NCBI GenBank assembly: GCA_051010795.1
Contig: JBPCVE010000273.1
Location: 128 to 64,127, forward strand
Source of the DNA: Rubripirellula sp.
Lineage (GTDB): Bacteria > Planctomycetota > Planctomycetia > Pirellulales > Pirellulaceae
Length of the DNA stretch: 64,000 nucleotides
Direction of reading: 5' to 3'
Shown here: positions 18,445 to 29,300 of the stretch, one piece after another
How positions within the stretch are numbered: the stretch's first letter is position 1
How the letters are laid out: the number at the start of each line of letters is the position of its first letter
Notes under the pieces: generated by a model
Database searches by the model: none
Seen by the model: only the letters and a program-made list of their open reading frames with translations
Told to the model about the DNA's origin: nothing
Position numbers and translations under genes: made by a program

Positions 18445-21102
18445 TTAGCGTTTGACAAGACGTATCAATCCCCCGGAAATCAACGTTGAGACGTTTGCCA
18501 GTACCTGCGGAGTGGCCAAGCCACCGGGAGATGCAAGGTACTTGGGGAACCAGACGGGATGAAACTTTTCCTTGTAGGCACGCAAGCCCTGAAAGTTGTA
18601 AAAGTGTTCGCCGTGTCGATACACGAGGTTGGACACGCGGTTCCAGGCAGGGCCAAGACGATGAGAATCAACGCCGGACAACGGAGCCATCCCAAGGCTG
18701 AACCACTGGTACCCTTCCTGATGTCCCCACAACATCAATTCGATGAACAAAAATTCCATCACACTTCGCGGAGCGTCGGGCGGATGCCGCATCAGGTCAA
18801 TGGACAATTCGACGCCTGTTCCACCTTTCCACACATTCGCAAAAGCGATTGGGCGATCCTTGTCGAAAACAATCGCCATATCGTAATGCAGCAGATAGGT
18901 TTCGTCGAAAAACCCAAGTGAAAAACCTTTTTCTGCCGCTGTCTTTTCCCCGAGCCACGCGTCCGAAATTTCTTTCAATTTCGGCATCCAGCCAGGGACA
19001 TCTTTCTGGGGAACGATTTCAAATCGAAGACCGGACTCAAGTGATTTTTTGTGGTTTCGCCGGACGGTGCGTGAGCAGGTTTTGAGCGAGTAATTTTCGA
19101 GTGGCACCTTGGCCTCTTCACCCAGTTTGAGCAACGAGAGTCCCATTTCGATGTAACGTGACAAACTAGATTCATCCACCTGATAGAAAACCGGCCACTT
19201 CCCTTGCGCATCACACGCTTCACGAAATCGCCAGGCAGCATCATCTGCGGCCTCTTTTGGACCGACGGGATCTCCCATTGAAATCCAGCTGCTTCCCTCG
19301 CAACCAAACATTACAAAAGCTTGATCATCGCCACCGAAAATGAAGCGTTTGTCACCCAGCAGAGCAAGATTGGCAACCGTGTCTTCATCATTGGAAATGA
19401 TTGTCGCAACTCGATCCATTTCCTCATCCGTCGCTGGATCAGGCACCTTTCCTGTGGTTCTGAACAGTTGCATCAAGCCGACAATTACCAGCACCGAGGC
19501 TCCGCCCACTGCCGCACGCAAGGCTCTCGGGGCCTCTCCGGTCTTGCCGTACGTAAAGCTCCACCACAATTCGTTGTTGTATTCAACATGACGATACGAG
19601 AACAGAATCAACCAGACGATCAAACCGGCAGTCATCGCAATCGCTATCAGCCACCGAACACTCCACGACGCGGCAAAGATCCGACCATGGCGAAAGAAAT
19701 ATTGTCGGCAAGGCAACAACGCCACCAACATGATTGCGACAAGAATCGCCTGCTCCCATGCAAAACCCTTCAACAGAGAAACCAGCACGCCAGCCGACAA
19801 CATCGCAATCGTCAGCCACCATGCGGCATCAATCCGCCGCTGCAACGCGCGGGACAGAACAATCAACACCGCTCCTATCACACTTCCAAGGAAATGGGAA
19901 ACTTCAACCAGTGGCAACGGCAACCAATTACGAATCAACTCCAACTTACCGGCAGATGGTGGTAAGGTGCCGGCAACCAGCATCACAAGCCCAACCACAA
20001 AGACTGCGCCCGTGATGATCGGTGGACTGATGATGTTGGCCCACCGCAGCCCACCTGACACCACTCCTCCGATCTTGTCCTGATGCTGTTTGATTGACGC
20101 AAATGAGATGGCCCCCACGCCGAGGATCAGTGGCAGCAAATAGTAAATGATCCGGAACGCAATCAAGGCTCCCACCAAATCATCGGCCCCTCCGGGCAAC
20201 ATCGTGATCAGCACCAATTCCAGAACCCCGAGTCCACCAGGGACATGACTGACCAGAGCCACAAAAACAGCCAGCACAAAGATTGCGACAAACGGCAGGA
20301 AATCGATCACAACATCACTGGGCAACAAAACGTACAACGTTGCCGCAGCAAGGATAAAGTCCGCCATTGCGACAAACATTTGCGCCACTGCGATTTTCAG
20401 CGGTGGTGGCTGCAAATTCACACTACCGATCCGCAAGGGGGATTTTCTGATCCCGCAAATGACCAGAAACACCACGGTCATCAAGAGCAAGCCAATTCCA
20501 AACGGGCGACTTGTCGACACGGGCAGGTGCAATTTGTCAGGAATCTCAAACGGCGTGAAGACAAACAATGTTCCCGCAAGAGAAAAAAGCCCCAGCCAGA
20601 ACGCAACACCAATCACCAGTACCAGTCGCACAATTTCACTCGAGGGCATCCCCCACGACGAGTACAAACGGGCACGCACCGGCGCCCCTCCCAGAAACAC
20701 ACCCAATGAGTTGCTGAATGCATACGACAACAACGCCGCCGTCGCAACTTGACGCCCCGTCACTTCATGCTTGACAAGTTTGACCCCGAACCAGTCATAT
20801 CCAATCAGGACCATGAAGTTAGCAGCCGTGAAACCGATCGCCGCTAACATCTCACCGTTGGACAAAGCGTGAAAGCTGGCAACGACCTCTGCATACTTCA
20901 TCGTTTTGAATTCGTGATGCAGTAACCACAAGGCGGCGAAGAACACGACCAGCATGAGCCCCGGTCGCAGAAGTGGTGCGTAGGCAGCCCAAACTTCCTC
21001 GAATCGCTTCAACAGCGGAATCGTGCCCGAATCAGTCGTCACGCCCTCTTGATCAGCGTTCACTTCCTGCTCGCCAGTTGTCACCGTGTCCTGTTCATTC
21101 AT
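18445..21102 (-). CDS. mprF: bifunctional aminoacyl-phosphatidylglycerol flippase/synthase
   Basis: N-terminal multi-TM flippase (HVPGGLGVLE, FRIIYY), VEVSHF, and C-terminal synthase motifs LALLGDK, MGDPVG, EKGFSLG, SIDLMR, FSLGMAPL, FYNFQGLRAYKEKF. Confidence 0.95.
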   Translation of the reverse strand: MNEQDTVTTGEQEVNADQEGVTTDSGTIPLLKRFEEVWAAYAPLLRPGLMLVVFFAALWLLHHEFKTMKYAEVVASFHALSNGEMLAAIGFTAANFMVLIGYDWFGVKLVKHEVTGRQVATAALLSYAFSNSLGVFLGGAPVRARLYSSWGMPSSEIVRLVLVIGVAFWLGLFSLAGTLFVFTPFEIPDKLHLPVSTSRPFGIGLLLMTVVFLVICGIRKSPLRIGSVNLQPPPLKIAVAQMFVAMADFILAAATLYVLLPSDVVIDFLPFVAIFVLAVFVALVSHVPGGLGVLELVLITMLPGGADDLVGALIAFRIIYYLLPLILGVGAISFASIKQHQDKIGGVVSGGLRWANIISPPIITGAVFVVGLVMLVAGTLPPSAGKLELIRNWLPLPLVEVSHFLGSVIGAVLIVLSRALQRRIDAAWWLTIAMLSAGVLVSLLKGFAWEQAILVAIMLVALLPCRQYFFRHGRIFAASWSVRWLIAIAMTAGLIVWLILFSYRHVEYNNELWWSFTYGKTGEAPRALRAAVGGASVLVIVGLMQLFRTTGKVPDPATDEEMDRVATIISNDEDTVANLALLGDKRFIFGGDDQAFVMFGCEGSSWISMGDPVGPKEAADDAAWRFREACDAQGKWPVFYQVDESSLSRYIEMGLSLLKLGEEAKVPLENYSLKTCSRTVRRNHKKSLESGLRFEIVPQKDVPGWMPKLKEISDAWLGEKTAAEKGFSLGFFDETYLLHYDMAIVFDKDRPIAFANVWKGGTGVELSIDLMRHPPDAPRSVMEFLFIELMLWGHQEGYQWFSLGMAPLSGVDSHRLGPAWNRVSNLVYRHGEHFYNFQGLRAYKEKFHPVWFPKYLASPGGLATPQVLANVSTLISGGLIRLVKR

Positions 21103-21279
21103 CTTCAAGTTGCCCCAGACTGTTTTGGTTCTCGCAGCGAATCACCGTTCGTACCCGCAGGTTCACCATCGCCGCCAACGGCTCCTGCAACATCAAAGGT
21201 TCCCCGTTGGAAACATTTGTTGGCAAAATTTGCATCAGCAAAGCATGCCCATCCATCAGCAATCATTCCCGCGAAGCAC

Positions 21280-21328
21280 GATCTCAATATCGAGATCTCA
21301 ATATCGAGATCTCAGCAGCCTGATCTCA
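21280..21328. repeat. 14-bp-period repeat with a GATCTCA core, four units
   Basis: gatctcaatatcga twice perfectly, then gatctcagcagcct and gatctca; between ndh and mprF. Confidence 0.85.
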
Positions 21329-21338
21329 GTATGGCGTC

Positions 21339-22751
21339 TTACTCCGGTGATTCGCGAGCGTTTTGGCCATCTGACTTTTCGTGCTCTGGAACAGATCCCT
21401 TGATGACCGGCGCATCATTCACAGCCTCGTCCCGAATCAGGATCACCGGATCGTCGCCCGTGATGATTCGCGCGCTTCGACTGAAGGTGAGGTAATTCCA
21501 GCTCCATTGAAACAGAATCAGAAATCGACTCTGAAACTGCACGATTTGCAACAGATGGACGACCAACCACATCAGCCAGGCAATGAAACCGACACTTTCA
21601 CGTTTGCCCACCTTCACGACCGCTTTTGCCCTGCCAATGGTGGCCATGGTTCCGCGATCGTGGTAGACGAATGGTTGTTCCGTTTTTGTTCCTGCAATAT
21701 TTGCGAGAATCCGTTTTGCTACATACTGCGCCTGCTGAATCGCCACGGGAGCCAAGCCGGGCATCCGCACCCCTTCACCATCTGTGCAATCTGCGAGATC
21801 ACCGATGACAAAGATTTCGTCCTGCCCCTCAACATTCATCTTGTTGGTGACACCCACTCGACCCGCACGATCAGTTTCAATGCCACAGGCCTTTGCCAAC
21901 TTGCTTCCCAACGGACTTCCGTGGACACCTGCAGCCCACAGAACCGTCTGAGTTCCTATGACTTGCTCGCCATCTGCCGAGGACAAGTGCACGTCCTGTT
22001 CCGTGACATGGGTAACCCGTGTCTGCGTGTGAATTTCAATTCCCAATTCACGAATCTTGTCAGCCGCACGCTTACAAAGCTCGGGCGGATAGTGAGCCAA
22101 AACGTGTTCCGCCGCCTCCACGACTACAATTCGAGCATCCTCCGGGTGAATATGCCGAAAGTCATTTCGAATGGTGTGTCGTGCAATTTCTGACAACGAA
22201 CCCGCCAGTTCGATACCAGTGGGGCCTCCCCCCACAACCACGAACGTCATCATCTGCTCGCGAATCTTTGGATCCCGCTCACGCTCAGCAGCTTCGAAGG
22301 CCAGAAAAACTTTGCGGCGGATCGCTGTGGCATCCTGCAAAGTTTTCAAGCCCGGTGCAACAGAAGCCCATTCCTCATGTCCGAAATAACTGTGCGTCGC
22401 ACCAGCGGCAACGACCAACTGGTCGTACTCCAAATCGCCATCAGCCAAGATCAAACGCTTGCGATCCAAGTCGAAGTCACGAACTTCGGCCATCAACACT
22501 TCGCAATTGGCCTGACGCCGGAAGATGGAACGAAGAGGCGTTGCAATATTGGCCGGTGATAAACCCCCAGTCGCGACTTGATACAACAACGGCTGAAACA
22601 GGTGATAATTGTGTCGGTCGACAAGGGTTACCTGAACATTGGACTTTCGCAAATTCCTTGCTGTTTCCAGGCCACCGAAGCCGCCACCAATGATCACGAC
22701 ATGGGGAACAGAGGCGGAGGTAGTGTTGACCACAATAGAACCCTGCTGCAA
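21339..22751 (-). CDS. ndh: type II NADH:quinone oxidoreductase
   Basis: GGGFGG, HLFQPLLYQVATG, VVGGGPTGIELAG, WAAGV, IGDLA, PGLAPVAIQQ, YHDRGTMATIGR; TTG start uncertain. Confidence 0.92.
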   Translation of the reverse strand: MQQGSIVVNTTSASVPHVVIIGGGFGGLETARNLRKSNVQVTLVDRHNYHLFQPLLYQVATGGLSPANIATPLRSIFRRQANCEVLMAEVRDFDLDRKRLILADGDLEYDQLVVAAGATHSYFGHEEWASVAPGLKTLQDATAIRRKVFLAFEAAERERDPKIREQMMTFVVVGGGPTGIELAGSLSEIARHTIRNDFRHIHPEDARIVVVEAAEHVLAHYPPELCKRAADKIRELGIEIHTQTRVTHVTEQDVHLSSADGEQVIGTQTVLWAAGVHGSPLGSKLAKACGIETDRAGRVGVTNKMNVEGQDEIFVIGDLADCTDGEGVRMPGLAPVAIQQAQYVAKRILANIAGTKTEQPFVYHDRGTMATIGRAKAVVKVGKRESVGFIAWLMWLVVHLLQIVQFQSRFLILFQWSWNYLTFSRSARIITGDDPVILIRDEAVNDAPVIKGSVPEHEKSDGQNARESPE

Positions 22752-23196
22752 AGAAACGAAAACACGTCGACTGCGTTCCGCAAATCATCCCTGCTGACTG
22801 CGTCACTGGCAATGGATGTTTGCGTCGAAATATCCCAGCTTCGTGAGCAGAAATTCCATTAATTCGGCTTGCAACCATCATTCCATCCAACTCCCCCCCC
22901 ATTTAGCGAACACATTTCCAGAAGCAACTGAAACTGAAAGAAGATTGAGGGCATGCGAGTTATTGAAAAGATCGCGTGTAACCTTTGCTCGTTCGACATT
23001 ATGAACTGATAAACACACAAGTCGCCAACGGAACGCTCGCGGGTGGTCTAGCGGTATCCAGTGGAAAAAGAACTGATCTTGGCCACAACTGTCCCACCAA
23101 CTGGCAGAATTGAATTGGCACGTTTGCCACATCACGCAGTGCCTGATTTTGAGCTGAAGCATTGGCAGGAACTCATTGGAATTGATACACCCGAAC

Positions 23197-24727
23197 ATGA
23201 AGATTGAACTCCTTCGTAGCACTAACAGATTCTCATCACTCGTCACATTGCTGGCCAGTTTTTGCTGCCCGTGGGATCCTGCCAGTGCCTTGCCTGCTGG
23301 GCTCATCGATGAGATGCCCAACATCGTTGTCATTTTGACTGACGATCAGGGTTATGCAGACATCAGTTTCAATCCTCAGCACCCCGAAGAAGTCTCAACT
23401 CCTAACATGGATGCGTTGGCGCAGGAGGGTGTCTTCTTCCGTCAGGCCTACAACAGTGGTCACGTCTGCTCCCCCACTCGCGCCGGATTGATGTTGGGGC
23501 AATACCAGCAGCGAGTCAGGGTTTATTCCGCAGGAGATGGCGGACGAGGCTTCAGTCCTGAACAGGCAATCTTTCCTTCCTGCCTGATCACTACGTAAGC
23601 ACGGCCATTGGAAGCTGGCATCTGGGTCTTGATGATGACTACCCCGAACTTAAGTAGTACGCCATGAATCGTGGCTTCGATGAGTACTACAAGTTCATGG
23701 GACGTGGAGGGCATAGCTATTTTGATTTACGAAGTGATTCCGATGGCAAGTTCGCACATCCGATCTATCGCAACAAACAGCATATCAACGATGAAGGGTA
23801 TTTGAAGAACCGCTTGACCGAGGAAGCTGTCGATTTCATTGAAAGAAATAAGACGCGACCCTTTTTTTCTACCTGGCCTACAACGCAGTTCATGCGTCAG
23901 CAGAAGCTCCTGCTGCTGACATTCAGTCTGCCGAGGATTCAAATTCAGGCATTACGCCTCAACGGGCCACTCTGATGGCCATGTTAAAACATTTGGATGA
24001 TGGTCTGGGAGAAGTCGTGGGGAAACTCAAACGGGAGAAGCTGTTCGACAACACACCGCTGTTCTTCCTGACAGACAATGGCGGCTCTAAAGCGATGAGC
24101 GCCGACACCCACCCCCTTCCGTGGCTTCAAAGGCAGCTTTGATGAAGGCGGGATTCGCACTCCGTTGATCGTTAGTTGGCCAGCGAGGTTCAAAGGCGGG
24201 CGAACCCAAAACGTGCCCATCGTTTCACTCGACATCTTGCCCACGGCAATCGAGGCAGCAGGTAACTTGCCCGCCAACCACAAGGTTGATGGCAAGAGCC
24301 TTCTTCCGTTGCTAACCGACAAAACACCCTAGCATCACGAGAACATCTACTGGAGCAAAGGTGGCGAGGGAGACTGGGCAATCCGACAGGGAGACTAGAA
24401 AATTCACGTTGTAAAGGGAAAGCCAGAACTGATCAATTTGGTCAACGATCCTTCAGAAACAAGAGACTTTCAGAAACAAGGAACCTCAGTGGAAAGCACC
24501 CCATGCGTGTGCAACAAATGACGGAGGATTGCAGGCAGTGGATCGAGCAAATGCAAGATCCCATTACTGGCGGAAGCCGCTTCTGGAAACAGAAAATAAA
24601 CGACGCCCCAAGCAACCCGAAGGCAAAGCCAGGCAACCCGAAAACAAAGTCAGAGACACGAGCAGCACAGAGAGCAAAAAAGAGGGCCCAACGTAAAGCG
24701 AGAGCGGGCGGGGAAAAAGACAACTGA
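23197..24727 (+). pseudogene. sulfatase pseudogene
   Basis: PNIVVILTDDQG, CSPTR, WHLG, RGFDE, TDNGG, EGGIRTP and DGKSLLP are spread over several frames; TAG stops at 23655, 24330 and 24396; a 17-bp insertion at about 24452-24480. Confidence 0.9.
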
Positions 24728-24779
24728 TCACTCACCCTGACAACGACCTGCCGATCACTCGCTCCGAGAACGACCTGCC
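24726..24779. repeat. imperfect 27-bp tandem duplication
   Basis: gatcactcaccctgacaacgacctgcc / gatcactcgctccgagaacgacctgcc, between convergent stop codons. Confidence 0.75.
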
Positions 24780-24797
24780 GGCAAAATCCAATCCCAC

Positions 24798-25574
24798 TCA
24801 GACTTCGAACAGGAACAAGGAAGAATCAAAGCGTACCTGATCGCCATAGATCCCGTGCTCTGCACGCTTTCCTGCGGAAATCACCATGCAGATTTCTGCG
24901 CTTCGCGGCAGGCCCAATAGTTTCCGAACGCGAACTGGATCCATTCCTTCCATGGGACAACTGTCATATCCAAAAGCTCTCAGCGACAACATCAGATTCT
25001 GGCACCCCAATGCCGTCGACTTGTGAGCCCAAACCCGCATATCCGCTTTGCCAGCGGGGCCCCGTGGCATTGGTTTGCGGAGTGCCAGCAACCAGAAGAT
25101 CAATTTTTTGATGGGGCCAAAAACAGCAAATGGGCCCTGACTGTAAGCCAAAGGCATCAGTTTGCGATAATAATTTAATGCTGACTCAGAAACTTCGCCG
25201 TCTGAACGTTCCATTGCCTCGATCATCAGTTTGCGATTCCTGTTCCACGTGTCCAGTCGCGCCACACAGACAACCAATTCCTGTGCCGTCGTGGCTGCGG
25301 ACTGTTGCAAACATAGTCGGGCCAATTCCGCTTTCTTGTTGGCATCACGGACCCAATGAAATTCCCACGGCTGAAGGTTCGACGAATTGGGAGCCAGCAA
25401 CGTCAATTCCAAGCATCGTCGCATCACTTCTTCTGGAACGGCTTCCTGCGTGTAAACCCGTGTACTCCTTCTCGATCTGACCACGGCTTCGAATGCCTGC
25501 GGATCGCTGTTCGCCGCATGCTCGACATGCCCATCCGAGGGAACGTTCTCAAAAATCTCAGTTGCTTTCGCCAT
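24798..25574 (-). CDS. nitroreductase family protein
   Basis: SRRSTRVY, LAPNSSNLQPWEF, QNLMLSL, GYDSCPMEGMD; start could be at 25574, 25622 or 25664. Confidence 0.9.
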   Translation of the reverse strand: MAKATEIFENVPSDGHVEHAANSDPQAFEAVVRSRRSTRVYTQEAVPEEVMRRCLELTLLAPNSSNLQPWEFHWVRDANKKAELARLCLQQSAATTAQELVVCVARLDTWNRNRKLMIEAMERSDGEVSESALNYYRKLMPLAYSQGPFAVFGPIKKLIFWLLALRKPMPRGPAGKADMRVWAHKSTALGCQNLMLSLRAFGYDSCPMEGMDPVRVRKLLGLPRSAEICMVISAGKRAEHGIYGDQVRFDSSLFLFEV

Positions 25575-25909
25575 GAACAGTGTTGGGTCAGAGGCTGCGG
25601 ATGAATCATGGGATTCTAGCATCAAGGCCAATTCGCAATTTTCAGCACGGAACTCTCGTTCCATCGGTCAACCCCTACATTCTACGACAATCACTCGCAG
25701 AGAACCCGCCGGCCGGCGTGACCGCGCGAAATGTACAAATCCATGCGATATTCCTACAATGCGCGGCCAAAGTATTGTGCGAGAATAATGTGGATGTGAG
25801 CCTGGAAATCCTCGCAGTCTCGAAGTGGGAAGACAGCGTGAGGCCAATAGCGCCCCTTGTTGCCTGATCCCGCCCCTTTCGTCGCCTCAAAGCCCGGAGA
25901 TGAGCCAGC

Positions 25910-26158
25910 GTGGTCACCACCGTCGAAATCAGCATGTATCCCTTCGTAAAAAACTTTCGTGACCTGATCAAGGATTTTATCGGTAAGCTGGAAGAATACG
26001 GTGAGATAGAGGTCCAGCCGGGTCCCACATCGACCGTCCTGATGGGTGACTATGACCAAGTCATGAGCTGTTTGACAGAGATGGTGCGGTGGTCTTACCA
26101 GCAACATGGGCAATCTGTCTTTGTGACCAAAATATTACCGGGCTACCAACCCACATGA
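25910..26158 (+). CDS. YkoF/thiamine-binding-like small protein
   Basis: TVEISMYP...TSTVLMGDYDQVM...VFVTKIL pattern of the thiamine-binding/YkoF ferredoxin-like family; GGAG upstream of the GTG start. Confidence 0.75.
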   Translation: MVTTVEISMYPFVKNFRDLIKDFIGKLEEYGEIEVQPGPTSTVLMGDYDQVMSCLTEMVRWSYQQHGQSVFVTKILPGYQPT

Positions 26159-26228
26159 GCTGAAACCTGGTCGATCTCATGAGTTCATAAATCCAGCTTT
26201 CCAATCACCACCCCCAATGTTCCCAAAG

Positions 26229-26276
26229 CACAGCAGTCAAGAAACACAGCAGTCAGGAAACACAGCAGCTAAGATA
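26229..26276. repeat. 16-bp tandem repeat, three units
   Basis: cacagcagtcaagaaa / cacagcagtcaggaaa / cacagcagctaagata. Confidence 0.85.
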
Positions 26277-26354
26277 TTGCACCGCACTGATTCCTGAGCC
26301 ATGAAGTGCAATTTGGTGCCTCCCTTGTGGCTCGCCTGTTTCTCATGAGTTCCC

Positions 26355-29300
26355 ATGCTCTGTTTATCCAACAAAACATTCCCACCTCAAATGCATCCAT
26401 TTTCCGGTTCTGGTCTCGGCATCTTGTTATCAGGAATTTTCCTGGTGCTGTCAGATCCGGGCGGTTGCTTGCATGCGCAGGACGCAGCACCCTCAAACCC
26501 AGTGGCAGCAACTGCGGTGCAATACAACCGCGACGTTCGTCCAATTCTGGCCGAGCACTGTTTTTCCTGTCACGGTCTGGATACCAAAGCACGCGAAGCG
26601 GACTTACGTCTTGACGAGCGTGCGCTGGCGATTGAATCGGGAGCGATCGTACCCCACAAGCCAGACCAAAGCGAGTTGCTGGTGCGCATCACGGCGGCGG
26701 AAGCTGAAATCGTCATGCCACCACCTGAAACAGGCCACAAGCTTTCAGCCCCGCAGATTTCAACCCTCAAGTCATGGATTACGTCGGGGGCTGAATATCA
26801 AAAGCATTGGTCATTCGTGGTGCCCAAAAAAAGTACGCCTCCTGCAAACAGCTCGAATCTGACAGCAGTGAATCCTATCGACTCCTTCATCCTCGCTCGA
26901 GTGGAACAGGCGGGTTTGACACCTTCACGATTGGCCGAGCGTGGGACGATTCTACGTCGAACGGCTCTTGACCTTACCGGATTACCACCAGCACCCGAGC
27001 TCGTCCAGAGTTTTCTAAACGACGAATCTCCGGACGCATACGAAAAGCTTGTGGATCGTTTACTCGAAAGCGATCGTTACGGTGAACACTGGGCGCGAAT
27101 GTGGCTTGACTTGGCACGTTATGCCGACACCAAAGGCTATGAAAAAGATCGACACCGTAACATCTGGCGATACCGTGATTGGGTCATCGATGCATTCAAT
27201 CGCGACCTTCCTTTTGATCAGTTCACCATCGAACAACTTGGTGGTGACCTGCTACCAGAGCGCACAGATGATCAGATTCTGGCAACAGCATTCCATCGCA
27301 ATACGATGACCAATGACGAAGGTGGAACTGACAACGAAGAATTTCGCATTGCCGCAGTCAAGGACCGCGTTGACACAACACTGCAGGTCTGGATGGGCTT
27401 GACGATGGGATGCGCGAAGTGCCATTCACACAAGTACGATCCGATCAGCATTCAGGACTACTATTCATTTCTGTCTTACTTCAATCAAACTCAGGATGCC
27501 GACAACGAGGCTCCATTCCACACCACCCCCACTGCGGTACAGGCAGCTGAACTTGCAGAACTGACACTGAAACTGCAGCAGGCTACCAAACTGTCGGCCC
27601 AACGCCCTGCCGACTTCACGGAACGCTTTGAAAAATGGAAAAAAGCGTTGCAGAAGCGTCCACTGTGGCAACCACTGAGTCTCAAAGAATTCAAATCCGA
27701 GGCTGGTGTGCAAATGAATCAGGATGAACAGGATCGACTCATTGTGAGCGGTGATCGGCCACAGAAGGACACTTGGCAAATCACCTTTGACGTTCCAGCT
27801 CTACCCGATGGTAAAACCTACACCTCGTTTCGCATTGACCATTTTCCAAAATCAATCGGCGGAGGTGACTGGGCAGACAAGAACGTGGCTATCCGTGAAT
27901 TGACAGTGGAACTTCAACAGGCTGACGGTGAATTCAAATCAATCAAGCTGAAAAATCCGCGAGCAACCTTTTCGCAGCGTGGCTGGAATGTTGCCTCGGC
28001 GTTGGATGGCAAACCCGACGCAGGCTGGGGTTTATCGCCCCGATTCGGGGAGGCGCAAGCTGCGATTTTTGATTTCGACGCCCCCATCACCGGCGGTACG
28101 TTGAAAGTCACATTGGAGCAGCAATATGGCGAGGGGCTTCTGCTGGCCAGGTCGCGTTTTTCAATCAGTCAAAATCCCGTGCAATGGCTACGTGCTGAAC
28201 TGCAACCTGACCCTGAGAAAGTCTTCACCGAGACGGTATTTCCAGAGACGATGCGTCGCCTCAAGGCAACGCAGGCAGCCCAAGACCAATTGCAAAAGTT
28301 CAGAAAGCAGCTTCCAAGTACACCGGTGATGTTCGACTTGGACGCCAAGCGTCAGCGAGCAACGCGCATCCACAACCGCGGTAATTTCCTTGACCAGGGT
28401 GAGGAAGTCACTGCTTCGGTGCTGACCGCGTTTTCCCCGTTGCCTGCAAATGCTCCTGCAAACCGACTCGGCGTTGCCCAGTGGTTGATGAAATCAGACA
28501 ATCCATTGACCGCCCGTGTTACCGTCAATCGCATTTGGGCACGAATTTTCGGCATTGGGCTTGTCGAAACGGAAGAAGATTTTGGCACTCAAGGAATGCT
28601 ACCCTCGCATCCTGAATTGCTTGACTGGTTGGCCGTTGAATTCCGTGAACAGGGCTGGTCACTCAAACAACTGATCAAGACCATCGTCATGTCCCGAACC
28701 TATCGACAGAGTTCCATTGTCAATGACAAGGCTTTGGCGTTAGACCCAAGAAATCGCTTGCTCTCACGTGGGCCACGATTCCGCCTCAGCGCCGAAATGG
28801 TACGGGATCAGGCGTTGGCAGTTTCTGGCCTGCTTGCCAATAAAGTTGGTGGGCCATCAGTCATGCCACCACAACCGCCGGGGATCTGGAAATCAACTTA
28901 CAGCGGTGAAAAATGGAAGAACGCCGAAGGAGAAGACCGATACCGCCGTGGGCTCTATACCTACCTCAAGCGAACCAGCCCCTACCCTGCCATGACCACG
29001 TTTGATGCGGGCAGCGGCGAGGTGTGCCAGATACGCCGCATCAGGACCAATACCCCACTGCAAGCGCTGATCACGCTCAATGATGTCGTCTATCTGGAGG
29101 CGGCTGGGCAACTTGCAAAGAGAATGGAGACTGCGGCTGAAGATCTGGATACCAAACTCGCCGCCGGCTTTCAAATGGTGTTGGTCAGAGAAGCAGATGC
29201 TTCCGAAATTTCCCGGTTGCACAAGCTGTACGACTCACTCAAAGATGAACTCTCTGATGGAAACGAGTTATTGGATTCAGCCAAACTCACCGAAGGTGAT

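Noticed and set aside
25780-25909. TPP riboswitch upstream of the YkoF-like gene
   Set aside because: The conserved CUGAGA and downstream aptamer core were not found.
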